Assembly (NCBI RefSeq): GCF_963921235.1
Contig: NC_086108.1
Location: 21,638,001 to 21,702,000, forward strand
Source: Mobula hypostoma
Taxonomy: Eukaryota
Direction: 5' to 3'
Length of the DNA: 64,000 bases
Numbering within the stretch: position 1 is the stretch's first letter; every line of letters begins with the position of its first letter. Both the position numbers and the translations under genes were made by a program. The notes under the pieces were generated by a model. That model had not been told where the DNA came from, did no database searches, and worked only from the letters and a program-made list of their open reading frames with translations. Positions 39,734 through 52,269 of this stretch are shown one piece after another.

Positions 39734-40174
39734 GGACGGACGGACGGTCTCTCTCTCTCTCTATATATATACCTCTCACTATATATACACACATTCTTTT
39801 TCTCTCTCTCCTTTTTCTCCCTCTGTCCCTCTCACTATACTCCTTGCCCATCCTCTGGGCTTCCCTCCTCCCCCTTTTCTTTCTCCCTTGGCCTCCTGTC
39901 CCATGATCCTCTCGTATCCCTTTTGCCAATCAACTGTCCAGCTCTTGGCTCCATCCCTCCCCCTCCTGTCTTCTCCTATAATTTCGGATCTCCACGTCCC
40001 CCTCCCACTTTCAAATCTCTGACTAGCTGTTCTTTCAGTTAGTCCTGACAAAGGGTCTCGGCCCAAAACGTCGACTGTACCTCTTCCTAGAGATGCTGCA
40101 TTCACCAGCAACTTTTATGTGTGTTGCTTGAAATTCTAGCATCTGCAGACTTCCTCGTGTTTGCGTTTTTAAAA
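39734..40174 (+). mobile_element. PLE terminal-repeat-only insertion with mutated hammerhead
   Basis: 12-bp TSD ACCAACTAGGAC at 39722-39733 and 40175-40186; CTGACAA...CAAAACGTC at about 40045-40072. Confidence 0.88.
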
Positions 40175-40221
40175 ACCAACTAGGACAGTTGTGTCAAAAA
40201 TGTAAAAAATGTGCAATATTT

Positions 40222-40745
40222 AGATAAGATTAGATTAGATTCAACTTCGTCATTGTGCCGAGTACAGATACAAAGCCAATGAACTGCATTTAGCATCTGA
40301 CCAGAAATGCAAAGAATAGTGTTATTTACAAAATAACTGCAAATAAAGGAAGTGCCACAGCACACAAATATAAAAGTACTGAGACAGTACAATACGGAAG
40401 CAATACTGCTTAGCACTGTGATGAGAGGTTCAGCAGTGTCACAGCCTCAGGGAAGAAGCTCTTCCTGTGCCTGCTGGTGCGGGAGCGGAGGCTCCTGTAG
40501 CACCTACTGGATGGGAGGAGAGTAAAGAGTCCATGGTTAGGGTGACATGCATCCCTGATAATGCTTTTCACCCTGCCCAGGCAGCGTTTATGGTAGATGT
40601 TCTCAATGGAGGGCAATTGGGTGCCGATAATCCGCTGGGCAGTTTTCACCACACACTGGAGTGCTTTGCGTTCCGACACGGGACAATTGCCATATCACAC
40701 TGAGATGCAGTTGGTGAGTATGCTCTCAATGGTACAGTGGTAAAA
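40222..40745 (-). mobile_element. Second Rex1-like family, 3' fragment
   Basis: DACHPNHGLFTLLPS...SFFPEAV; (ATCTA)n tail; nearly identical to the copy at 60893-61615. Confidence 0.85.
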
Positions 40746-42785
40746 GGGTAACATTACCCTTATATTTTACCCATCCAAATCAGGCAGTTTTCACACAGAG
40801 ATAGAATTAAATAGAATTAAAAATTATATGTTGAAGTAGGCCTCTTAGCTGTTTATGTCTACCCTGTCACTTAAAAGTGTAGATGATGTCAGGTGAGGGA
40901 AGGGGAAAGGGCAGTCAGAGCAGCGTTCCCCCGTGCCCATTCCCCTCAACGACAAGTATTCCGACTGGGACAAGCTGTGGCAGCCGGATCTCTGGCACTG
41001 AGTCTGGTTCTGCAGTGCAGAAGGGAGGGTGGAAGAGGAGAGTGGTAGTGATAGGGGACTCAATAGTTAGAGGTACAGAAAGGAGGTTCAGTGATCATGA
41101 CAGAGACTCCTGGATGGTTTGTTGCCTCTCGGGTGCCAGGATCAGGGATGTCTCTGATTGCGTGCACAGCATTCTGAAGTGGGAGGGTGATCAGCCAGAT
41201 GTCATGGTACACATCGGTACCATTGACGTAGGAAGAAAGAGTGAGGAGGTCCTGGAGAGACAGTATAGAGAGCTTAGTAGGAAGTTAAAAAGCAGGACCT
41301 CGAGTGTGGTAATCTCAGGATTGCTACCTGTGCCACGTGCCAGTGAGGGTAAGAATAGGATGTTCTGGCAGATGAACACGTGGCTGAGGAACTGGTGTAG
41401 TCATAGTCATACTTTATTGATCCCGAGGGAAATTGTTTTTTGTTACAGTTGCACCATAAATAATTAAATAATTTTAAAAAATGAGGAATGCAGGGTGCGG
41501 GGGGTGGGATGGCATTGCTAGTCAGGGAAAATGTTACAGCAGTGCTCAGGCAGGACAGATTAGAGGGCTTGTCTACCAAGGCCATATGGGTGGAGCTGAA
41601 AAACAGGAAAGGTATGACCACGTTAATGGGGTTGTATAACAGACCACCCAATAGTCAGCAAGAATTGGAGGAGCAAATCTGCAGAGAGATAGCAGACAAC
41701 TGCAGGAAACATAAAGTTGTGATAGTAGGGGATTTTAATTTTCCATATATTGATTGGGATTCCCATACTGTTAAAGGTCTAAACGGGTTAGAGTTTGTAA
41801 AATGTGTTCAGGAAAGTTTTCTAAATCAATATATAGAGGTACCAACTAGAGTGGATGCAATATTAGACCTCCTATTAGGAAACGAGTTAGGACAGGTGAC
41901 GGAAGTGTGTTTAGGGGGACACTCTGGTTCCAGTGATCATAACATCATTAGATTCAACTTGATCATGGATGAAGATAGATCTGGTCCTAGGGTTGAGGTT
42001 CCAAACTGGAAGAAGGCCAAATTTGAAGAAATGAGAAAGGATCTAAAAGGTGTGGATTGGGACAGGTTGTTCTCTGGCAAGGATGTGATTGGTAAGCGGG
42101 AGGCCTTCAAAGGAGAAATTTTGAGAGAGCAGAGTTTGTATGTTCCTGTCAGGATTAAAGGCAAAGTGAATAAGACTAAGGAACCTTGGTTCTCAAGGGA
42201 TATTGGAACTCAGACAAAGAAGAAGAGAGAGACGTATGACATGTACAGGAAGCAGGAGGCAAATAAGGTGCTTGAGGAGTATAAAAAGTACAAAAAAAAC
42301 TTAAGAAAGAAATCAGGAGGGCTAAAAGAAGACATGAGGTTGCTTTGGCAGTCAAGATGAAGGATAATCCAAAGAGCTTCTACAGGTATATTAAGAGCAA
42401 AAGGATAGTAAGGGACAAAATTGGTCCTCTTGAAGATCAGAGTGGTCAGCTATGTATGGAACCAAAAGAAATGGGGCAGACCTTAAATGGGTTTTTTGCA
42501 TCTGTATTTACTAAGGAAACTGCCATGGAGTCAGTGGAAAAAAGGCAAACAAGTAGTGAGGTCATGGAACCTTTACAGATTGAGGAGGAGGAGGTGCTTG
42601 AGGGAAATCAGAGTAGAATTCTTCGTGTTTACATAGATAAATAGATAAGTAGGTCCCCAGGACCTGACAGCGTATTCTCTCGGACCTTGAAGGAGACTAG
42701 TGTTGAAATTACAGGGGCCCTAGCAGATATATTTAAAATGTCGGTATCTACAGTTGAGGTGCCAGAGGATTAGAGGATAGCTCAT

Positions 42786-42960
42786 AAAAGTTGCTGGTGA
42801 ACACAGCAGGCCAGGGAGCATCTCTAGGAAGAGACGAAGGGTCTCGGCCTGAAGTGTCAACTGCACCTCTTCTTAGAGATGCTGCCTGGCCTGCTGCGTT
42901 CACCAGCAACTTTTATGTGTGTTGCTTGAATTTCCAGCATCTGCAGAATTTCTGTTGTTT
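42786..42960. mobile_element. Fold-back PLE-tail insertion in CR1
   Basis: About 48-bp imperfect inverted arms; 13-bp TSD GAGGATAGCTCAT at 42773-42785 and 42961-42973. Confidence 0.88.
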
Positions 42961-43451
42961 GAGGATAGCTCATGTTGTTCTGTTGTTTAAAAAGGCTCTA
43001 AATGTAATCTGGGAAATTACAGGCCGGTAAATTTGACCTCGGTACTAGGTAAATTACCGGAAGGAGAACTAAGAGATACGATCGACAAGTATTTGAACAG
43101 ACAGGGACTTATTAGGGAGAGTCAACATGGCTTTGTGCGTGGTAGGTCATGTTTAACAAATCTATTAGAGTTTTTCGAGGAGGTTACCAGGAAAGTGGAT
43201 GAAGGGAAGGCAGTGGGTGTTGTCTACATGGACTTCAGTGAGGCCTTTGACAAGGTCCCACATGGGAGGTTAGTTAGGAAGATTCAGTCGCTAGGTATAC
43301 ATGGAGAGGAAGTAAATTGGATTAGATATTGGCTCAATGGAAGAAGCCAGAGAGTTGTAGTGGAGGATTGCTTCTCTGATTGAGGATTGCCTGTGACTAG
43401 TGGTGTGCCACAGGGACCAGTGCTGGGTCCATTGTTATTTGTCATCTATAC

Positions 43452-44073
43452 AGTCATAGTCATACTTTATTGATCCCTGGGGAAATTGGTTTTTGTTACA
43501 GTTGCACCATAAATAATTAAATAGTAATAAAACCATAAATAGTTAAATAGTAATATGTAAATTATGCCAGTAAATTATGAAATAAGTCCAGGACCAGCCT
43601 ATTGGCTCAGGGTGTCTGACCCTCCAAGGGAGGAGTTGTAAAGTTTGATGGCCACAGGCAGGAATGACTTCCTATGACGCTCTATATTGCATCTCGGTGG
43701 AATGAGTCTCTGGCTGAATGTACTCCTGTGCCCAACCAGTACATTATGTAGTGGATGGGAGACATTGTCCAAGATGGCATGCAACTTGGACAGCATCCTC
43801 TTTTCAGACACCACCGTCAGAGAGTCCAGTTCCATCCCCACAACATCACTGGCCTTACGAATGAGTTTGTTGATTCTGTTGGTGTCTGCCACCCTCAGCC
43901 TGCTGCCCCAGCACACAACAGCAAACATGATAGCACTGGCCACCACAGACTCGTAGAACATCCTCAACATCGTCCGGCAGATGTTAAAGGACCTCAGTCT
44001 CCTCAGGAAATAGAGACGGCTCTGACCCTTCTTGTAGACAGCCTCAGTGTTCTTTGACCAGTCCAGTTTATTG
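43452..44073 (-). mobile_element. Rex1-like 3' fragment inside the CR1 RT
   Basis: ORF 43599-43970 nearly identical to 28105-28467; (ATGACT)n tail. Confidence 0.9.
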
Positions 44074-44754
44074 ATCTGGATGATAATGTGGTAAATTGGA
44101 TCGGCAAATCTGCTGATGATACAAAGATAGGAGGTGTCGTGGACAGTGAGGAAGGTTTACAAAGCTTGCAGAGGGATTTGGACCAGCTGGAAAAATGGGC
44201 GGTAAAATGGCAGATGGAGTTTACAGGAAGGATATTAATAAGGTTGAAAGAGTGCAGAGAAGTTTTACAAGGATGTTGCCAGGACTTGAGAAACTGAGTT
44301 ACAGAGAAAGGTTGAATAGGTTAGGACTTTATTCCCTGCAGCGTAAAAGAAAGAGGGGAGATTTGATAGAGGTATTTAAAATTATGATGGGTATAGATAA
44401 AGTGAATGCAAGCAAGCTTTTTCCACTAAGGCTAGGGGAGAAAAAACAGAGGACATGGGTTAAGGGTGACGGGGGAAAAGTTTAAAGTGAACATTAGGAG
44501 GGGCTTCTTCACACAGCAAGTGGTGGGAATGTGGAATGAGCTGCCAGATGAAGTGGTAAATGCAGGCTCACTTTTAACACTTAAGAAAAACTTGGACAGG
44601 TACATGGATGAGAGGTGCATGGAGTGATATGTTCCAGGTGCAGGTCAGTGGAACTAGGCAGAAAAATGGTTCGGCACAGCCAAGAAGGGCCAAAAGGCCT
44701 GTTTCTGTGCTGTAATGTTCTATGGTTCTATGGTTCTATGTCACTTTAACTTCA

Positions 44755-45310
44755 CATTCAAATTTCAATTTATTATCAAAGTACATATATGTCACCATAC
44801 ACAACCTTGAAATTCATTTTCTTGCAAGCATCTCCATAATAAAATAATAACCATAATAGAATCAATGAAAGACTGCACCAGCTTGGGTGTTCGACCAGCA
44901 TGCAAAAGACAACAAATTGCAAATACAATAGGGAAGAAATAATAATAAATAAATATCAAGAACACAGATGAAGTGTCCTTGAAAGTGAGTTCATAGTTGT
45001 GGGAATATTTCAATCAATGATGGGGCAAGTGAAGTTGACTGAAATTATATCCTTTGGTTCGAGAGCCTGAGGGACAGACACTGTTCCTAAACCTGGAAAT
45101 ATGAATCCCAAGGCTCCTGTACCTTTGTCCTGATGGCAGCAACGGGAAGAGAGTATGTCTTGAGTGGTGAGGGTCCCTAAAGATGGATGCTGCTTTCCTG
45201 CAACAACACTTCATGTACAATGATGTGCTCAACGGTGAGTGGGGGGGGGGGGGCGGCTTTACTCGTGATGGGGTCTGGGCCGTATCTACTACTTTTTGGA
45301 GGATTTTCCC
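44755..45310 (-). mobile_element. Old Rex1-like 3' remnant
   Basis: RKAASIFRDPHHSRHTLFPLLPSGQRYRS in ORF 45014-45232. Confidence 0.7.
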
Positions 45311-46408
45311 AACTACTTAAACTAACCTTTTACTATTGTTTAATTGAGAATCAAGCTTCCTCTGCCCTAACAATATTAAAAGAATCTTACATCATCACCT
45401 TTTCAGAAAGAATTGCAAAGGCCCAAAACTCAATTGGACTTATGGGCCAAAGAGATTGCTTGTATGGTATATAGCTCCTCTATTTTAATACCTCCAAGAA
45501 AAAATTCACCTCCTCTGTCTTAAAAGGGAAATCTCATGATAAATAGTGACTTTTGGTAAAATAACTGAAATGAATACAAGAATTCTCAGAATTTTGACAC
45601 CAAACCACAAAAGGACATTGGAGCAAATGTCTACAAGTTTGGTCAAGGTGACTTTTAAACAGTGTCCCGCCGAGAAAAAAGGAACAAGGTGGCAAAGGGC
45701 TGAAATTCTGGAGTTGACATCCAAAGCAGTTAAAACAAAATTTTTAACAGCACAGCAATTAAAACTGGAGGTGAACAAAAGCTTAAAAAGAAATCTCAAA
45801 TATGAGACAGCTTTCAGATATTATAAAGACAGGGAGTATTAGGCACTCCTGGATATGGAAGTTAATATATATTAACTATAATACACATAATGCTTGAAAT
45901 GGGCCGAACTGCCAGAGAAAACTGCTGAGGCAAAGACATACACAATATTTAAAATAATATTTGGACTGGTACATGGATAGGAAAAGTTTCGAGAGGGATA
46001 TGCACCAAAAGTAGGGAAATGGACTTAGCTTAGATAGGCATCTTGGTTGTCATGGTTGAGTTGAGCCAGAGGGCCTGTGTCAATGCTATATGAGCCTGTG
46101 ACTAACTGACATGTAAGAGGTGGAAAACCAGGAGTTTGAACAATATTTTAAGACCACCTTTTGAGGAACAGCATAAGAATAGTCACAACTCCCAGGAAAA
46201 AAAATATTTGGCCTCTTTTCTGCCTGAAAAAAAACCTTATTCTACTATATTAACCCTCGTTCTATATTCTCCCCACAAGAGGAAATATCTTCTCCAAATT
46301 CCAATCACGACTCCTCAGGATCTCATGATTCCAATTCATGACCCTCCTTCTCTTTTAAACTCAAGAAGAATCCGGCCCAGCCCACTCAACCTTTCCAGGT
46401 AGCCATAC

Positions 46409-46529
46409 CTTGAGGTTTTACTTCAGGCAAATGCTTCACTTTTAACTCTTCTGCTGTGTTAGAACATTCACTGCTTGTACTAGATGCTGAGATTGGAGAG
46501 GACTGTGGTGAAAAGCAGAGAAGATCTTC
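46409..46529 (-). CDS. ATF6: ATF6 coding exon (exon 5 equivalent), EDLLCFSPQSSPISASSTSSECSNTAEELKVKHLPEVKPQ
   Basis: Acceptor catcttttaaacag, donor gtatgg; 121 nt, phase 0->1; similar to human [31 protein letters not shown]; bridges the flanking exons in frame. Confidence 0.85.
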
Positions 46530-48649
46530 CTGTTTAAAAGATGGCAATCACAGTAATTATATCAACAGAAGACAAATTCTGTCATACACCTCCAAAATAC
46601 ATCTCCTCTGATATCATTTTTGAGAACACCACATAATTGACTGTTCCAAATGCTTTACTGTGTATCCAAAATTTTGTTGGTCCATATTTGCCATAAAACA
46701 GCAAATTATACTTCATACTTCAAAAAAGTGCTTTCAACTCTGACCAAAAGTTCAACTGTGGAACAGATTTTGTGAGGGAATACTGGCATCACTGCAAGGA
46801 AAGCCAAGTAATTTTGGAATCCCAGTGAAGGAGCACAATGTTCCAACAACGCTCCACCGGTTACTCTGGAATGTTTGCCCATTGATAGGGATAGCATCTC
46901 ATTTTTGTTCAAAGCAGTTGAATTCAGTCATGTATGCAGTGAGAAAAAAGATTGGGGAGAAAGTCCAAGAAATTAAATACTCCAATTAGAAACAACAGGA
47001 AAAAAAGATGAAGAGGATACTCATTATGTGAAAAAGAAATGAAATGGAATAAAATTGACAATCAATGGGTTAGATGGGATCAAGATAATTCAGAAAATGT
47101 TATAAAGTCTAGTTAGTCTCAACATAAGAACATGAACAGCAAGACAGAAACAATCATTACTTGAGGCAAATTAATTTAAACACGAACACCTCCTACAACT
47201 ATACAAAACTACAACTATCTGTTTTGATCTTTTAAAGGTTGAAACAGTCTGGTATAGAAACAATGTATGTTATGAGAAGGAGCATTTGCAGGCCATCTGT
47301 TGCAATTTTTATGAATATTCGCCATGAAAAATGTCAAGCAGAAGTACACGTGTTATATAAAGAATGCAGCTACTCTTCAGGGTTAATGGATAAAATACTG
47401 GAAATATAACAAATAATGAAACCAAATCAAAGGCAGGAAATGAATGAATTTAAACTTCAAAGGAATGAAAAAGATAATGAGATTAAAAGGTAAATAACTT
47501 CCAAGCATTTAATCATTTCCATTTGGTACAAAAATTGTGCTGCTGAAGATGCAAATCCTCAATCATCAAAAACTTTAATTCTGGAAATGAAAATTGCTGA
47601 TTGTCACTCCATTATTTACCAAAGGCACGAGAAACAAAGGACAGAAAACAATTAACATATTCCTATTGCGGAGGTATTATTAGAATTCACTTTCTTGGGA
47701 CAGAGACACAAAGAATTGACATGTAAACATGGCCAATTACAAGTGACTGAATGTCAATTTGTAAGTGCAAGTTATGCATAAATATTTTTATTTCAGTTAA
47801 GAAGGTACAAGATGCCAGTGGTGAGGAAATTACATTTTAAAAGGTAACTAAGAAAGTTCTTCTGTCAGAAGGTTGTTACCCTTTGGAATTCTCTGTCACA
47901 AGAGCCTTAGTGACTAAATCACTGAATACATTCAAGGCAGTGACTGACACATATTTGAAGGGAATGTAGATTATGGAGAGAGATGAGGAAAACAGCACTA
48001 AGTCCAAGGTTGGAGCAGATGTAATCTTACTGGATCAAAACCCTACTGACCCAAAGAACCAATTGGCAGCATTCTGGTGTTTCATACTCTTATACTCAAA
48101 ACAATAAAAATAACAACATTTGGTGGAAAGAGACTGATTGTTGGGATTTTGGTCACGTACCAAAACTGGCAGGATGTGACAGAACTGTGTAGAAGGGTAC
48201 AAGCATGCAATGTTTTATAATGCATCAGGCATCAAATTTCAAATGCATGAGCCATTTTCTAACGTCAACATGAACATTTAGTCTCCTCCATCTGGCCACC
48301 TGCAGAGCTTGCAGCTGTCACATAAATGCTACAATGCTTTGGTGAACACTAAATTCATATGGACTCATTTCTTATCCTCTCATAGTTTGCCCAATTTAAT
48401 TAATTATAAAATTTAATTTCTGACACCTGCCGTTCACTGTCTTCCTATTATCATTCAATGAAAGCTGTTTATGAACACAAATTACAATACATATTGTTTG
48501 ACAGTACAGTGGTGTTAAAAAATAAACACAAGCACTCCAGAATAAAACAATAAAATCAAAAAGAGCTTTAAAATTGCAAAGTAGTTTTGTGAATGCCACT
48601 GTTAGAAAATACTCATAAAACATTTAGGCAAATAGGAGCAACTGCTTAC

Positions 48650-48729
48650 ATGTTGTAATAATGAATCTGCAGGAGAATGTACCGAAGAGTTTGAAGCTGG
48701 AGACAGAGGCTCAGATGTTGTTTGTCCAT
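48650..48729 (-). CDS. ATF6: ATF6 coding exon (exon 4 equivalent), GQTTSEPLSPASNSSVHSPADSLLQH
   Basis: Acceptor tctttctcctgtag, donor gtaagc; 80 nt, phase 1->0; PLSPAS...SP..DS...QH matches human [25 protein letters not shown]. Confidence 0.9.
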
Positions 48730-49022
48730 CTACAGGAGAAAGACATACAAAGAAACTTTTTTTTAAATAAACTTAACTAATCCAGTAAAAGGATTTGTAT
48801 ATCAACAGGCAATTATTCTGTTTTTGCCTGATCTGTTAAAATTCAATTGACAGAGAGCAAGTTTTATTGCTCACTCTCAAATTAAACTGCCTCTGCTACT
48901 GGAGAGACAAGAGACCATAGACACTGGAATCTGAAATATGATCTAATCTTCTGAAGCATTTCAGCAGCTTGTGCAATATCTGTGAGGGCTGGAGGGAAAT
49001 GATTGTTGGTATTTCATGTAGA

Positions 49023-49441
49023 CAGACATCCCACCTCTCCCGGAAGTTCCGCGAGTCTCCCACATCTTGATAGTGGCTCCCTGATACCCGCAAATTATAT
49101 ACAATATCCTGGAAACCAATTTGTTTGTGTGAGAGAGAGAGAGAGAGGGGGAGAGGGAGAGGGAGAGGGGTAGAGGGGTAGAGGGGTAGAGGGGTAGAGG
49201 GGTAGAGGGGTAGAGGGGTAGAGGGGTAGAGGGAGGGGGAGGGGGAGGGGGAGGGGGAGGGGGAGGGGGAGGGGGAGGGAGAGGGAGAGGGGAGGGAGAG
49301 GGGGAGGGAGAGGGAGAGGGAGAGGGGAGGGAGAGGGAGAGGGGAGGGAGAGGGGAGGGAGAGGGGGAGGGAGAGGGGGAGGGAGAGGGGGAGGGAGAGG
49401 GGGAGGGGAGGGGGGGAGAGAGAGAGAGAGAGAGGGGAGGG

Positions 49442-49492
<51 letters not shown>

Positions 49493-49845
49493 GCACGCGC
49501 GCACCATGGCAGACTGCTCCGAAAAAAATAAAACGTACGTTACCCCAGACTACACTGAAGTGTACCCCTGCCTAATAGGGGTCAAAAATAATGACAGTGT
49601 TGCTCACTGCACTGTTTGCAACAGTGACTTTTCTATTGCCTATGGTGGGTTAAGACTGTAAAAGACGTGCTGAGTTGAGTTTAACAGGTGTCATTCGTTC
49701 ATTAGCATTGCTAACGTGATTTAAACTAGCTGGCTAGCTGCGAAGGAGCTACTCTATTGCAGACATCTCCTGGTAGTTCTGGGAGTCTCCCGCAAATTGA
49801 CGGTGCTACCTCCCTGAAATGAGTTTTTGCAGGGTGGGGTGTCTT
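49023..49845 (+). mobile_element. Non-autonomous hAT-like DNA transposon
   Basis: TIR-like CAGACATCCCACC / GGTGGGGTGTCT; from ATG 49506 MADCSEKNKTYVTPDYTEVYPCLIGVKNNDSVAHCTVCNSDFSIAYGGL, a BED-finger-like start; TSD only partial (TGTAGA). Confidence 0.65.
49131..49490. repeat. Compound polypurine microsatellite including (GGGGTAGA)8 at 49167-49230
   Basis: Directly visible (GA)n, (GGGGTAGA)n and (GGGGGA)n blocks. Confidence 0.97.
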
Positions 49846-51084
49846 TGTAGAAACCCTGCATTGGGACTATGAATGGAGAAGGGAGATACCAAGTGTAAAT
49901 AGAAGAAAAGGAGTAGTGATACTGGAATCCAAGGTGATTGGTGAACTAAGAAAGGGTAAAAAAAAGGTCAGCCAGGTTGCAATAGGCAGGGAAGGGTGGG
50001 GTGGAGTTGGAAGCTAGATAGTGGCAAACAAAGAGACAGAAAAAGAGTGGTAAGAGAGGTGAGGTGAGAGAAAAAGTGAATGAAGGTTGCAGACAGCTAC
50101 TGGAGTGGATAAGCAAAAACACAAGGGGCTACCAGTTCAGGGTGGGGCCCAATACAAACTGGAAGAACAACACCTCATATTCTGCACGAGTAGTCTACAA
50201 CCCTTTGGCATGTATATTAAATTTTCTAATTTTAGATAACCCTCATTTCTGGTCAGTTCCCCCATTCTAATCACCCCAAATTTGTCCCCTCTTTCCCCTC
50301 CCCACCACTCATTTTTGTTATCCACCCACCAGACTCATAGTTCACTCACAAACTCTATCCCCACCCAATAAATCCGGTTCTGGTTTCATTTGCCATTCAC
50401 TTCTCCCCTATGTTCCCATTATCACCTCATGTACTTAACAGATTCCAGCACTTTGTGTTCCTGCTTCTCAAACTCCATCATCTATCTACTACCTTCAGCC
50501 ACCTCTCCTTACACGCCAGTCCATCTGCATCTCATTCATTTTCTCTTCGCTTCCATCTATTATTTCCCTCCCACAGTCACCCAAATTTAAACCCCCTCCC
50601 TGGTTCAACTTGCCTGCCACCTTTCACTCCTCCTCAGTCCACATTGGGCTCCTGTCTCACCATTCCCTCTCTGCACTTGATACTGGCCATCTCCCTTCTC
50701 CATTTACAGCCCTGAAGCAGGATTTTGACCCAAATACTTCCTTCCCCCATCACTACCAACAGACGCTGCTCAAACCTCAGTTTCTCCCGCAAATTGTTGC
50801 CGTCTCTGATATCAGCTTTTTCCTTCCCTTTTTAAACGCAAGCTTCTAAAAGCAAGGAAAATACAGCTGGTCAAAAGTCAGAAAGTTCGGGAAACATTTT
50901 GCAGATCAGGCAGAGAGAGGAATTCACATCTCAGATTAATGGCCATTCATCAACCTAATACATCAACTCTGATTTCTCACTGATGCAACATGACACACTG
51001 ATAATTCCCAATTTTTTCTGTTTTGTTTTTTTTATTGGCTAGTATAATCGAAGCCTATCACTCACATTTTACAGATATACTTAC

Positions 51085-51196
51085 AACTTGAATCACTGGA
51101 AGAGGGAATATCTGGAGATGAGCTGCATGTTGGTCCCCAAGGATCATAATCCCAGGGTGTGAATTCCAAACTAAAATCAACCTCCATGTCACTATC
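51085..51196 (-). CDS. ATF6: ATF6 coding exon (exon 3 equivalent), DSDMEVDFSLEFTPWDYDPWGPTCSSSPDIPSSSDSS
   Basis: Acceptor ttgtctttcattag, donor gtaagt; 112 nt, phase 0->1; DFSLEFTPW..D.W aligns to human DFDLDLMPWESDIW. Confidence 0.88.
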
Positions 51197-52269
51197 CTAA
51201 TGAAAGACAAAAACACAAATATTACTATTTGTCAGTGTGAACACATCGTTCAATTAACTTTGTCTTCACTATTTCCAAATACAATACAATGCACAGTGTT
51301 ATATCCATGTTGGTATTACAACCTTGAAAACATTCATTTAGCTCAATAGGTGTGAAAACTTATAGTTCTAAAATAAACAACTTTACGATGAAATTTAAAA
51401 TGACAAAAACTGAAGCAATTTGTTAAATTGTGCAATGAGAAATACTATATTTCCAAACAACTTATTAAATATCACAATATTTTAAAGGAAAATGGCAAAA
51501 GGCAAAGATAAACTTTGACAATTAAGGATCAAGTTTCATGAAATCACAAGAGAATATCAATCAGTGGGATGTTATTTAGGCTTAATCAAATTTCTCAGGA
51601 CTTTAGTAAGCAGCACGATATATAAATACAAGTATGGAGCATTAGTAAGGTTTTCATGATATTTCCATGAAAGTCAAAGGTGAATGGGTACTGAAAGGCG
51701 CTAAATTTCTGGAGAATAATTTACCGCAATACCATGCCCCTGATACAAATGTGCCATACGTATTCAACTTAATGGTTAATAATCCAAAGGCATGCAAATT
51801 AAATTAAGTCATAATTATCATAATTAATTTAGCATTCATAAGGGAAAAGGACAAAGTTACTTAGGTGTATTTTAGATTTCATCATTCCTACTTTCATGCC
51901 ACAAATCAAATAAACTTAACTGCAGAAAGGCCAATTTAATAACTATACAAAGTCAGTGTGGGATATTTAATGTGATACAGGAACAACTGGCAAAGCTAAG
52001 GGCAAGAGCATTATTTACCAAGGAAAAGTGTGAGAACAATTTTTTTTGTAAAGTAAGGAGCTTTCACTGACAGAACGCGGAGGCACCTTCATGAGCCCAC
52101 AGAGCCTCTGACGAGCCTGTGACTTCAGTCTCTGAGACTTACATTAGAACATCTTTCTTAGTCAATAGTATTGTCTTGTAGTTCTTACTTCCTGTTTTGG
52201 CTGCCCTGTACATTTCTACTTTTGAGAATCAGCTTTGGTATTTGCATTATGGACTTGATAGTTGATTTA

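Larger units (their letters stand above)
40885..44740 (+). mobile_element. CR1 with esterase ORF1 and ORF2, with internal deletions and three insertions
   Basis: VVVIGDSIVRG; GGGMALLV, GDFN, LDLLL, SDH; QHGF; (CTATGGTT)n tail at about 44720-44740; Rex1 tail at 41401-41480. Confidence 0.9.
48925..50790. mobile_element. Old, degenerate inverted PLE remnant split by a hAT element
   Basis: Reverse tail-like sequence continues across the hAT (tttcatgtaga|aaccctgcattgggact); plus-strand LEEQHLIF-coding ctggaagaacaacacctcatattc at about 50159. Confidence 0.55.

Noticed and set aside
48896..49507. Pro/Ser/Leu-rich ORFs (also 60198-60674)
   Set aside because: Translations of purine microsatellites.
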